DNA of 63,748 bases, filler included, from Reclinomonas americana ATCC 50394 (taxonomy: Eukaryota): NCBI GenBank assembly GCA_048213135.1. It is 6 parts of 2 records of this genome, joined end to end, with 100 filler letters (N's around TTAATTAATTAA, not from the genome) between each part and the next. Parts side by side here need not be neighbours in the genome. Positions count along the whole stretch, not along the records: positions 17,983 to 29,093 come from PS015368.1; positions 29,194 to 43,200 come from PS015368.1; 4 more parts are not named here. One strand, 5' to 3'. The notes beneath the pieces are model-generated. The model was given only the letters and a program-made list of their open reading frames with translations. It was not told the DNA's origin and searched no databases. Position numbers and translations under genes: made by a program. Each line of letters opens with the position of its first letter. Positions within the stretch are counted from its first letter, which is position 1. Shown one piece after another: positions 26,501-40,030 of this stretch.

Positions 26501-28935
26501 GGCAATTGCAACATGCCGGTTGCTGTGTAATCGAAAAGAATAAGTAACTCTTCGAATGAACAGGCGAAAAAAGTGCGACGTACTGGCACAGCGAGGTGGA
26601 TCACTCAGAGCCGAGAAGCCGCCGAAAGTGCCTTCCACGCTGGCATGGAAGCAGTACCGCGTATCGGCCAAGAGATCGCCGACCACAAAGGTCTTTCCTT
26701 GCTGCGTAAGAGTGACACGGTCGTCCGGCGACACCTCCGCCCAGTAGACCACACGGTACTGGCCAGTGACTGGCACGAACGGTGGGCCTGTGGCATTATT
26801 TTTCACCACGAGTGTCAGCAAGACAGCGAGGGAAGGAGAGATAAGAGACAGGAGCGAGAGAACCATTCGGCAGAGACGGATCACTGACGATTGCCGTAAT
26901 CGACGACACAGTCACGTCACTCAATGACAGATCCGGTGCGTCAGGCGGTCCCTGGCGAGCAGTACCTGCGGAGGCAAAGGTGGTGAGCTCCTCTTCAAAG
27001 CACACAATTGGCCAAACAAACTTGACGTAACGGATTTGAGCAGGCTCCGACCAGTCGGAGAATGCCACAGAGTTGCGCACGGCACCCTGCACGCAAATGT
27101 CCGTGTCGTACGGAAGATTGTCGATCACATACGTGATGTTATCGGTCTGCTCCAGCTGGATGGCATTTGTGTAGTCGGAGCCGCAGCCAGGCAGGTACCG
27201 GATGCGACTAATGTTGGTGATTGCGGTACCGGCCACAGTCGCTGGGTCAGGCGGAATCAGCACCGCCTGCACCTTGACAGCGTCCAGCAGCGACAACTTC
27301 ACAGTGGGCGGCGGCGGTCGCTCATCCACAACTGCAGAGTCGGAGAGGAACGACAATGCTGTCAGTCACCAAGTTCCACAGAATTCATAGACAGTGACAC
27401 ACGAACGAACCAATGGAGCTGGCCTCGCTAAAGTCCGACTGTCCAATGGCGTTGCTGACAGCAGCACGCACAAACAGCGGTCCAGCGGCAAGACCAGAGA
27501 TGATGAACTCGGCACTGTCGGTTTGCGGTGGCGGCGCCTGGAGCACGGCAAAATCGGCAGTGCGGCTCCACTGGATGGCGTACGAGGTAATTGGCAGGTA
27601 CAGCACCGGCGGCGGTGCAGTCACCACGGCCTTGACGGAGCCGGAGCCAGCAATGTCCAACTGTGGCTTGGTCGGTGCGTCCGGCTTCTTGCCCAACACT
27701 GCATGTACACGAACATGCGAGTTAATTAAGGGACAGAAGACGGCATGGAGGCAGAGAATATTGCTCGCTCCCTCTCTTCCACGCACCGATGGACTTGATG
27801 TCCGACGGCAGCGAGTAGCCGGCACCGTTTTCAACAGCAGCCGCAAAGTAAATGGGCACGTTGAACTGCAGATCTGTGATCTGAGCCGGGTTGGTGGCAA
27901 CAATGCTCGATGATCCGAGCGCCGTCGTGTAACCGTAGTCGATGCGATAGTTTCCGGTTGGATTCGTACCATCAGTGGCCGCGGCCAAGGTGATGGCGAT
28001 CGACGCCGTCTTGGCATCGACCTCCGACAGTTGGATGGTGGGCGCAGGCAGCACCTGGTCCGGAACGGCAGAGGCACTCAGACTCCATTCCGAGTCGCCG
28101 GCACCGTTGGCGACACGGCCTTGGAAGTAGTAGCGCTGCAAGGACGAAGAAGGGGGGAAAGAGCGTAAGGGGAACTGCGATGAACACACAAAGAGAACCA
28201 GAAGATTAATGTGCACAAACCACGCCCGTCTCCAAGTTGGGAATGGCAAAGGTGTTGCTCGTCGACGGTTGCAGGGTGACAACATCCAGTGGCTGCGGGT
28301 CGGCAGTGAAGTCCACAGCTCGGCGGTAGCGCAGCGTATAGGTCGTGGGTGGCGAGCCTGGGCCAGGTGCCGGCTGCACAGTGACGCTGAGCGTGTGAGC
28401 GTCCACAACAGAGGGGACGACAGTCGGTCGATCCGGCAACACGTCGACCGCTGCACACAGAAGTAACGCTGCTGTGAGGAACAAAGTAATCAACCAACGG
28501 TTAGCAAGAGCAGGAACGCACGTGCAGCAAGAGGCGGGATGCTCCAGTCCGATGTCAGCGTGGGTGACAAGACGCGGCCCTGAACGTAAACAGTCTGCAC
28601 CACCAACCCGCGTGAGGACCAACAATTGACAGAAAGTGCGGCAAAGCACGACAAAGCATCAGCAGCATGCGACAAACCGTAAACGACGCCAAGTCAGGAA
28701 TCACAAAATTGTTCGTCTGCTGCAACGAGCTCAGCTGCGCGTCCTCCATGGTTGGCGACAGCGACCAGCGAATCTGGTAATCAGTGATGGGGTCGTTGCA
28801 CTCGTTGGCACTCGGCGTTACTATCACGCCGACCGAGGTCACGCTGACAGGCACGCGAGAGAGCGTCGGCGCCGGGAGCGGAGGCACAGCAATCACTGCG
28901 AACCCACAAGTGGTGAGTGACACAAATGGACATTG

Positions 28936-28994
<59 letters not shown>

Positions 28995-31900
28995 GAACAA
29001 CAACGAACGAACGTACGTACGTACGTACGACGAACGTACGTACGTACTTACCGTACGACTACTACTTACCGTACCGTACCGGCCGGACCGGACNNNNNNN
29101 NNNNNNNNNNNNNNNNNNNNNNNNNNNNNNNNNNNNNTTAATTAATTAANNNNNNNNNNNNNNNNNNNNNNNNNNNNNNNNNNNNNNNNNNNNGAGAGAG
29201 AGAGAGAGAATCAGTGACAAACCAACAGAGACTTGCGTCGAGAACTCAGACTTTCCAGCACTATTCTCCACGGCGGCGGACACCAGGAACGATGCGCCGC
29301 GCGGCAGGTCGGCAAACGTGTACGTAAAGGTGCCCGAGTCACTGAACACGGTCTGCACAGATCCGGCAGGGTTCACCGGCTGCAGCTGGATGTAGAGGCG
29401 GCCATTGAGCGGCGTGCCAGTGTTCGACACAGCCTCCGCCAACGACACGTCCAACGATGTGCACGCGCGTGCAATGGCGTTGATGACTGGTGCCGAGGGG
29501 ACGGCATCCGGCGCTGCACACAATACGCGAGTTAGCACAGCAAACAGACATTCGTGAAGTCACACAGAGACACAACTGGCAGTCGCAATATCTCCGTACA
29601 GCGAGCGAGCCATGTGGTTCATGACGGCGCCTCGCACGTAAATGGGCACACCCGGCGTCAGGTTGGAGAGCGTAAAGTCGCGTGTTGACTGCTCCAACTC
29701 TGTGCTGCTCGCTGCGGGCACGTCGGGCTGGAGGCTCCACAGAATGAAAAACGTATCCACCAGGTGCGAGCTGCCCATAAACACCGGATCGTTCACATGT
29801 ACTCGAACAGAGGTGGCAGAGAGAACGGTAATGTCCACAGTCGGGGGTCCCGGAGGCTGCGGCGAGTCTGTGCACATAAAATCACGCAACGTAAGGAACC
29901 GCTGCATGCAAGAGAGAACAACAAAGTAATTCACGAACCGGCCACCACCGATCCGTAGCTGGAGAGGCCAACCGCGTTGCCGGCGGCACCACGGGCATAC
30001 AGCGTCTTGTTAATGTCGACATCAAACGACACTGCAAACACCGGGCTCGACTGCACCACTTCGACGAAGTCGGCCGGGTTCGCAAACGTTCCGTCTTCGG
30101 TGCTCCACTGCAAGCGGTACTCGACAATGGCTGATCCGTTGTCGTTCGGGGAGGACAGCGTAATGGTGAACGTGTTGTCAAACAGGCGCGAAATGGTGGT
30201 CGACGGCGAGTCGGGCACAATGGCGACAAGCAACGACGCGGTGGCGCTCCACGCACTCGAGCCAGCCGCATTGTCGAGCCGGCCACGGACAAAGATGTTC
30301 TGTGGAGAGAGTGGCTGTTGAGAAAAAATAACCCCGAGCAACAATCAAGCCCTGCAGCACGACGCGCACCTGTCCAGGCTGGCTGATGGTTTCGGTGAAC
30401 GACTCGTTCGGCGACGTGGCCTCAAACACCTGCAAGACGTCGCTAAAGGTGCTGTCGGTGCTCCACTGCAGCGTGCGGCTGAGAACGGCGGATCCGGGGT
30501 TGGTGATGATCACCACATTGGCAGAGAATGTGGTCGAGCTGCGTGCCAGCAAGTCGCGAATCTCCGGTGCGTCGGGCACGGAGTTCGGGGCTGCGGCGGC
30601 AAGGGGAAGGGAGGGAGAGATAGCAAGGAGATGAGCACTCAGACCACAGAGTGGAATATACGACTTGGTTACGCAACTGGCAGAGTTGCTGTCGCTGAAC
30701 GGCGACTGGCCCACGGCATTGGCGACGGCGGCGGAGACCCACACCGTCACACCCGGGGTAACGTTGAGTGTGAAGAAGCGTGACGCCTGCGGTCCAAATG
30801 TCTCGGCAAACGGTCCATCAGGTCCGGCAGTGCTGACGCGGATAATGTAGTCGGTGATTGGCGGCGTGGCCACTGCAACCGGGTCCAGGACCTTGACCGA
30901 CACTGTCGATGGCGAGGCAGCGGTAACCTCGGGAGCCGGTGGCTTGTCGGGGATCACATCCGGAACTGCGGAGTGAAGGGAAGGGGGTAAGGAGACAAGG
31001 GAGAAGGATGGAAGGAGAAGGGGGTGATGGGGAAGAGGGGAGGAGAAAGGAAGAGGAAGGGGGATAGAGAGCAAGGAGACAAGGAGAAGAGAGCAAGGAG
31101 AACTCTCTCTCTCTCTTTCGGGAGAAGAGAAAAGAAAAGAAGATATTTTGGAGGGAAGGAAGATGGACGCGTGGAACAAAAAGAAATGCAATGCAGAGGA
31201 GGACGCAGAGAGCCCAGCTCGAAATCGACACTTGACGTCCAGTGCCTGGTGCACGTGGTTGCTGAAGTAATCATATCCTCCTCTCCCTCCCTCCCCTTCC
31301 CTTTCTCTCATCTATCTCCCTCCCTCTCCCTCTTCTTCTCTTCCACCACTCACCAAGAGTAATCGAACTGACTGGACCGTAATCCGTCGTGCCCTTGCCG
31401 TTCGTGACGGTGGCGCGGAAGAAGATCTCCGTGTTGATCGGCAGATTGTCAATCGCAACGAGTGCAGTCGGAGAATCCTTCGAGTCGAACGTGGAAAAGT
31501 CTGACAACACACTCCACTCCACATGGTAGTTGGTGATGGAGGAGCCCTGGTTGGTCGTTGTCACCAGAGCAGTCACAGCGTCCGGCAAATCCGGCGTCAG
31601 TACCACCGACGGAGCAGACGGAAGCGCATCCAGGGCTGTGAAGGGGAGAGCATTAGAGAATTGAGGTGCTGAGACGCAGGTCATCATCATCTGCGCAACT
31701 CAGGTGCTGCGCCGGACCAAAGGAGCTGTAGCCGGCGCCATTCTTCGCCGCCCCCACAGCGTACACAGTCACTGGCAGTGCAACATTATCATCAAGCGTC
31801 TCGAGGAACTCGGCGGTGGTGCTGATACGCTCGGTGCTCGGGTCAAAGTCCTCGAAGAACGACCACAAGATCTTGTACTCGACAATGTCGCTGCCGAGGT

Positions 31901-34900
31901 TCATCGGCGGCTGAACTGTCACGGAGAATGACTTGAAGCCGGTTTCGGCAAGCACAACATTCGGCGGCGACGGAGGCGGTCCAATGATTGCTGATGCGGA
32001 TGGTGAGCGTACTGCAGAATCTTAATCATCACCATACAAACGGGCACGCAACTGATGGTCGCAATGGGACCCCATGCGGAGAAACCGGCGCCGTTCTCGA
32101 TGCGACCCTGCACGTCGTAGGTGCCCGGAGCAGAGACTTGAATGTTGAACGTGTCCGTGGATGCCGCGGGGACCTCGATAAACGTCGTCGACGACGACAA
32201 CTTCCACCGCACTTGACGCACGCCAGTGAGCGCACGGTTACCCGTGTTCGACGGCGTGTTAACAAACGCCGAGATGATCAGTGTCTGCGCTTCCGTCAAT
32301 GACACAGTCGGCGCATCAGGCACCTGTGGCAGCTCCGGCAGCACTGCAATATCGAAAACAATCGGTTCAAACGTTGCAAGTTAGACTATCTCACACACAA
32401 TTCCAACTGCGCACCTGTGCAGAGCGTCGGGCCAAAGTCCGAGTAACCGCCCACAGTGGCCTCGGCAGCCGCCTGGAAGCAGTACTCACTCGCCGGCGAC
32501 AGGTCCATCAGCGAGAACGACTTGCCGGCCTGCGTCACAATCTGTGCGTCCTGGAAACTAGACGTGCGGCCGAAGCGCAGCTTGTAGTTACCGGTGAGTG
32601 GAATGTACGGCGGACCTATTCATGGAGGAAGCAAGTGCAAGTGATGAGAAGGAGGAGCGGGAGAGGTTGACAGGGACAACACTCACCATTTGGCGTCGGC
32701 GGATCAATCACAGAGACAGTGGCAGTCGTGGAAGTCACACTGTCGACCTGCACAGTCGGTGGATCCGACGGGCCGAGGCGCGGAGTACCTGCGCAGAAAG
32801 CACAACTGTGGTGAGCGCCACACGGCGAATCGAGTTAAAAATTCATACGCTCAACGCAACGAATGCAGCTCGAGCTGGACCAGTCCGAGTAGCCAATCAG
32901 ATTGCGCACAGCACCCTGCGCGCACACCTCGGTGTCGCGGTTCTGGCGGGCAATGATAAACACATTGTTTGCCGTCTGCTCGACCATGGTGCTCGTGTCA
33001 AAGTCGCCAACCGCCGTGTAGCGAATACGGGTCTGCGGCGTCAGCGCCGAGCCAGCGATGGTGGCTGGATCCGGCGGCAGCAGGGTGACCTCCACGTCGG
33101 TCGCCGAGAGCAGACGCAGAGACAGCGTCGGCGGCGGCGGCACCACGTCCACCACTGTGCGACAAGGAGTGGGGGGGGGGGGGGGGCGGTGGAGGATAAG
33201 CATAATGGATTGGAGGCGAAGCGACGGGAGAGTGGCCATCACGAACCAATCGACTTGCTCGGACCGAATGGCGAGCGGCCGAGGCTGTTCTCGACGGCCG
33301 CTCGCACGTACAAGCGACCAGCAGCAAGAGGAGGCAGAGTGAATGTACGATCGGAGCCCGACAGAATGGGAGCGGTGAGATCGTCAAACGGCTCAGAGCG
33401 CGAGTACTGAACAAAGTAGCCGGTGATCGGCAGGCCAGGAATCGCGGTCGGATCCAAGACGACAGCCGACACCGAGCCCGAGCTGGGGTTGGAGAGCAGC
33501 GGAGCTGGCGGCGCATCCGGAATGCGGCCGAGAGCTGTGAAATGCATTGTGGTCAGAGACACACATACACAACCTCCGAAAAGCAATGGGCGGCAGTAAT
33601 TGGCGCAACTGATTGTCTGGACGGCAGAGAGCGTCGAGTAACCGGCACTGTTGGCGACCTGAGCGGCAAAGTACAGCAGTGTGCCAGCCGGCAATCCGCC
33701 GACCGTCACCGGATTCAAACTGGTGACCAGCGAGCCGGTCTCCAAATCGGGAGTGAGACCGTACGAGATGCGGCGCACGCCAGTGAGAGCCGATCCCAGA
33801 TTGAAGGCCGGCGGTCCAACAGTTACCGACACCGTAGCGGCATCGATCTCTTGCAATGCAATGGACGGGGCGCCAGGCAACTCATCCGGTATCGCCGACT
33901 CGGTGCTGCTCCACGGCGAAGCACCGGCTCCATTCGACACGCGAGCTTGAGCGTAGATGCGCTGTGCTCACAAATGCATCAGTATCAAGATCACTCGCGC
34001 TTCCACAGAAAAAAAAAAAAGGCAAAGGACGCACCTGACCCGGTGTCAAACCGGTGAGAACAAACTGCGGCGACGGCTGCGGCGGCACATTCGTGACAGG
34101 GGACAGCATGTCGGAGAAGGACGAGTCGAGGCTGTAGCGAAGCTCGTACGAGACAACCGCAGATCCGCGAGTGACGGCGGACGGAACCACCGTCGCACGC
34201 AGCGATGTCGGACCGGTGACCTCCACGGGCGAGATGGACGGTGCGAAGGGCGTCTCGTCGATCACTAAAGTTGGGAAGAAAGGGGAAGGGGGGTAAGGGG
34301 GACAAAGGGGAGAGAGAGGGAGGAAAGAGAGAAAGGGAGAGGGAGGGAGGGAAGAAAGGCAGCGGGAAGCAATCAATCATGCTACGGCAGGTGAACGCAA
34401 CAAATGGTCTCTGCCGGGCCGTAAGGCGACGCAATGAACAGAGACATGACGCGGCCGCGAACATACAGGCGCTGTGGTGGCGACAGTGTAAGCAATAGAC
34501 AGGCAATACAGTTGAAGAGAAATAAAACTGCGCACCGTGCCCAGCGGTTGGTTGGGAATGAGGAAAGTGTCGGTGAGCTGCAGCGCACTGGTCTTGGTCG
34601 ACGAGTCGTTCGGGAATTGCGAGTTGGTGCTCCACTGCAGCTGGTAGTCGACAATCTCGTCCAGGCACTCATTGGTGCCCGTCAGGATTTGAGCCACCAC
34701 CGACGTGGTTCCGAGCAACGACACAGACACAGGCGGTGCGCCGAGACCAGGTTGGTTGATCACTGCGCAGAGTTGAACCCCTAAGGTGAGTGCACAGACG
34801 CCAAACTGCGAGGACCAAGGGCAAATCAGGATACGAACCAACAGTGTACGGCGTGCTGTAATCGGAGGTGCCGGCCGCATTGCTGACAGCGACTCGCACG

Positions 34901-37900
34901 GCGTATGTGACGCCACGAGCGAGACCCGTCAACGTGGTGGTGAAGGGCCCGGTGGCGGGCAGCGTCACCGGGCCAGAAACGACAGGGCCAGGTGGAGACA
35001 CCGTCGAATAACTCACGTACAGCGTGCGGTCGAGCGTGGTTCCTCCGTTCGGAATCGGCTCGTTGAGAGTGACAGTGGCCGACGTGCAATCAAGTGCGAC
35101 GACCGAGGCTGTCGGCACTCCCGGAACCTCGTCCGGACCTGCGGGAAAGGAGGAAGAAGAGATGCGTGCGAGTTAGAATGGCGTGTGCGCGCGCGCCAAC
35201 CTGGCACTTGACCCTCGACGCAACGAGCACTGGAAGGAGCGCCAAAGTCCGACAGGCCAATGCTGTTTGCCACAGCACCGGTGGCCGTCACGAGAACGCC
35301 AGGGACAAGGCCGGTCACCACGAAGTCGGCATTGTTGCTCTGCGACACCTCCGTGTACATGCCAGGAGCAGAGTTCTCCGTGTAGTAGCGAATTGTGTAC
35401 TGGCCGTTCAGTGGCGACGAGCCACCAAACACTGGCGCGTTGACGTGCACATTGATGCTCGATCCCGACAACACAGTGACATTCACGGTCGGGGCGCTCG
35501 GCACCGCCGTCGTACCTGCACAAGGACACGCAAGAGTGAGTACATCCAGGAAAATGCTGTGAGCAATTGACGAGTCCACGCAACTCGACACGGTAACACT
35601 GTACGGAGACACGCCAATGCTGTTGCGAACGGTGCCGCGAACGTAAAGCGAAATCTCGTTGGCCACCGACGGCGGCAAGTCGAACACGTTGGAGGACTTG
35701 GAGAGCGAAGTGAACCCGGAGTTGGTGAAGTCGCCCGAGTTATTGTACTCGATCGCGTACTCAAACACTGGCGAGCCACCGTTGCCGCTGGTGCTCTCCG
35801 TGACCGTGATGCGGTAGGTGCCACCGACCATCACCTCAATCGTGACAGTGGGCGCCGGCGGAGCAAACGCCGGAACAATGTCCGACGAGGCACCGTACGC
35901 GGTCGTGCCAAAGTTGTTGGTCACTCGGCCTTGGACGTAGACACGCTGGGGGTTGGAGGGAGGAGCACGATGAGAACATTAGCACACATACACATTGCAC
36001 AAAGAAGGGCCGAACTCACAGTTCCTGGAGTGAGTCCGGTGAGGGTGAAAGCGGCGTTCGTATCACTCGGGTTCTCCGTGATCAGCGCCGCGGTCAGGAA
36101 CGAGGCTTCGGTGCTGTAGCGCACTTGGTAGCTGATGACATCGGTACCGCCGTTGGCCACCACCGACACGGTGCCAGAGACCGACGTGGTCGTGAGCACC
36201 GTCAGGTCCGTGATAGTCGGGGGCTGTGGCAGCTCGTCCGGCACTACGAAACCACAATCATGAGTCGTCAACCAACAGACATACAACGCAGAATAATAAC
36301 AAAACGAACCACCCGAGGCCTGATCGCTGAACGGCGAGATGCCAAATTCGTTGTTCACCGCGGCAATGACGTAGACCGTCACGCCCTTGGCGAGGCCGGT
36401 GAGTGTAAAGTCGGGCGTACCCTGCGGTCCAGCCGCCTCGGAATACGGGCCACCATCGGCGGTTCCCCAGCGAATCTGGTACGAGGTGATGTTTCCGCTA
36501 GATGGAGGCACCACAGAGACTGCCAGCGAGGATCCAGATAGCCTGGACACCATCGGCGCCGGTGGCTGCGTCGGAAGCACAACCGGAACTGTGTGGCGAG
36601 GCGTTGTCAGATGTCCGCAAAAGGGCACAGGAAGAGAGAGGAACACAGATTGCACATACTTGTTCACAGGACAGAACAAACGCACGCACACGCATACAAA
36701 CGCACGCAAACACGCACACACACGCGCGCGCGCTCACTCACAGATATACAATTCACTAGTACACGCGATCCCTCTCACAGAAATTCAACTCACGAACACA
36801 CATACGATCTCCTCTCTCTCTCCCTCTCTCTCTCTCCCAGTCATTGATGCCACGCAACTGATAAAGATTGTAGCCACATTGCTGTACGGAGACACGCCAG
36901 TCGCATTCGTCGCCGAGGCGCGGAAGTAGATGGTGACTCCCTGCGGCAAGTTGAGCACAGTGAACTGGAGAGCAAGCTGGTCCGGCAGCGTCGTGGGCGC
37001 CGTGAAGTCAATGTCGGTGCTGTACTGCAGCGTGTACGCTGTCACGGCGGAACCGCCATTCGCACCCGGCGTCAGCGTCACAATGGCGTCAGTGGTGCCG
37101 GAGTGCGAAGCCACAATGCTGGGCGCACTCGACGGCTCGTCCGGCGCTACACAACATCGCAATGGGGAAAACAGTGAGAACTGCAGTGCGCTACCGCGTG
37201 ACAGCAGCAGCAAAGGTTACACAACTGACTGTCTGCGACTGGCCGAAATCGCTGTACCCAGCCGAATTCTTGGCGGCGCCGCGCGCAAACACGGTCACGC
37301 CTGGAGTCAGGTTGGATACCGAAAAATTGGGCGACACTCCGCTCAGCGTCGTGGATGTGCCGAACGCCTGGTCAGTGGACACCTGGATGCGGTACTGGAT
37401 GATCGGCGTGCCAGAGTTGGCCGGTGGCAACACAGCCACCGAAATCGACGAGCCGGAGAGAACACTCGCCAGCACGTTTGGTGGGTGCGGAACAGGTCCC
37501 AGGACGTCTGTCAAGAAAGGGAGAAGGGAGATGAGGGGGGGAGGGAGAGGGGAGGTGAGGGAGAAGGAAGAAGGGGACAAGGGAGAAGGGAGGTGAGGAA
37601 TAAGGGACAAGGGAGAACGGAGGCGGGGGATAAGGGAGACCGGAGGTGACGAATAAGGGACAAGCGGATGAGCCAAATTAACCTGAAGAGGGGATGCAGG
37701 AGAAGCGAGGAGAATAGAGACAACCGAAGAGGAATAGAGGGACAAAGGAAGTGAGGTGGAAGAGGTAATGAGGGGACAATGGAAGATGAGAGAAGAACGG
37801 GTGGCGAACGAAAAAAAGGCTGAAGAGAGAGGAGAGACAAAACAACGAAGGCGAGGGACAGGGAAGAAACCAAACGGAGAAAATCGAGCGCTTGGAATCA

Positions 37901-39934
37901 GAAACAACAGAGTCACGCAATAGCCCCTATCATTGTTCTTTTCTTCCTGTGCCCACTCACCGAGGCAAGCCTCGTCACTCCACGCCGACGGTCCAACGTC
38001 GCTCCTCACAAGCGCCTGCACGCAGTAGCGAGATGGCGCCGAAACCGAGAAGCTGAACGTGTACGTGGCAGCGGCAGTGACCACCTGGTACGTCGAATCG
38101 CCGGCGTCGCGCCAGCGAACTTGCGCCAGTCCATTGAGAGGTTTGGTGCCAGTGTCTGCCGACGGTGTCACCACCGCCTGCACCGTCAGCGGCGAGCTCT
38201 CGGACACGGCGACTGTCGGAGCCGCCGGCACGCGCTCGGCCGTGGGCAAATCTAATGCGCCGCGGACGCGGTGAGTGACGGAGAGCGCATGTGAAAGAGA
38301 GGCATTGCATTGTGGGACGCACCAACACACTGCTGCGAGCCAAACGGCGAGTAGCCATTGAACTGGCCGAGAACGCGGCCCTGGAAGCAGTAGCGCGTGT
38401 TCTCGGTGAGCGAGGTAATTTGGAAGGTGTTCGACGACTGCGTGCGGTCGACAAGTCCGTCCAGTGTCGATGAGACACCGTACTGCAGGTTCCACTCGCC
38501 GCCCAGCAGCACATACGGAGGACCTGAGCGCAGGGAAAGGAGAGGACAAGGATATTAGAGTCGTTGTACAGCGTGATGCAATGAAAGGAGAACAGCTTGC
38601 TCACCGAGAGGGAGAGCAGGATCGAGAATGACCACCGTCACCGACGTCGGTCCATTGACGGTCACCGACACATCTGGAGCACCAGGAGGTCCCAGAGGCG
38701 GCGTGTCTGTGTTACCATAAAGAGTGAGCAATCATTCCCCCAAAAGAACATGCACACTCATTTCTTGACGCGCAGACACCAACCTACTGAAGCGGACGAC
38801 GACCAGCTGGAGAAGCCCGCAAGATTGGAGACGGCACCCTGGAAGTACACCGTAACTCCGCGTGGCAGGCCCAGCACTGAGAAGGTGGCGTTATTAGTCT
38901 GCGTCTGCTGCTGCCAGTCGTCGGCAGATGGATCCGTCGAGTAGCGGATGGTATAGATGCCGTTCAGAGAGGAGCCAAGAACTGACGACGGCGGCGGCGG
39001 AACCACTTGCACCGAGGCGGCATCGCCAGCAATGAGACGGGCAGTGACGGTCGGGGGCGGCGGCAAAACGTCAACGACTGAAAACAAGAGCATACGCTGT
39101 CAGTGACATTGAAGCGGGAAAAGGGAGACACAGAAACAGCAGGATACGCAACAGATGCTGCTCGGCGAACTGAAGTTTGACAAGCCTATGCTGTTGGCGA
39201 CAGCGGAGCGCACGTACAAGCGGCCAGGAGCCAGCGAATCAAGAGAGAAGGTGCTAGAGTCATCCTGTGTCAAAGAAGTCGACGGGGAGAAAAACTGTGA
39301 CCGGCTGTACTCGATGCGCCACGCGACAATCGGCAAGCCAATCACAGCCGGCGGCTCGAGAACGTCCGCAATGACGGCGCCGGGTCCATTCGCGGTGAGG
39401 GCGGGTGGTGGAGGTGTGCTAGGCTTGTAGCCGAGGGCTGCGTGCAGGGAAAAGTTAGCGATAGGGAAGGGAAAGGTGAGGAAAGGGAGCAGGGGAGGAA
39501 AGGGAGCAGGGGAAAAGAAGGGCAGGGAGAAGGAAATGGAAGGGAGAAGGAAAGGGAAGGGAGAAAGAAAGGGAAGGGAGAAGGAGAGAGCACGGAAGAA
39601 GGGAAGGAAGAGAAGAGAAGCGAAGAGGAAGGGTGAGAAGGAGAAGAAGAAGAATGGAGAAGAACGGAGGAGAAGAGAGGAGATGAGAGGAGAATAGAAA
39701 GGGGACAGGGAGAGAAAGGGAACGTGAAGAGAAGAAACGGGTTGAAAGAGAGATGAGAAGGGAAGGAAATGAATGGAGAACGAAGTGTGTGCAGATGTGC
39801 ACATGCAAAAGCGTGTGCGAAAGGGTCCTGAGGAAGAGCGACAACGTGCGAAGCGAGTGAGAGATTGTCTATTGCATGCAAATAGTGAGAGCGCGCGTGG
39901 GCGCGCTCTGTCTCTCTCTCTCTCTCTCTCTCTG

Positions 39935-40030
<96 letters not shown>
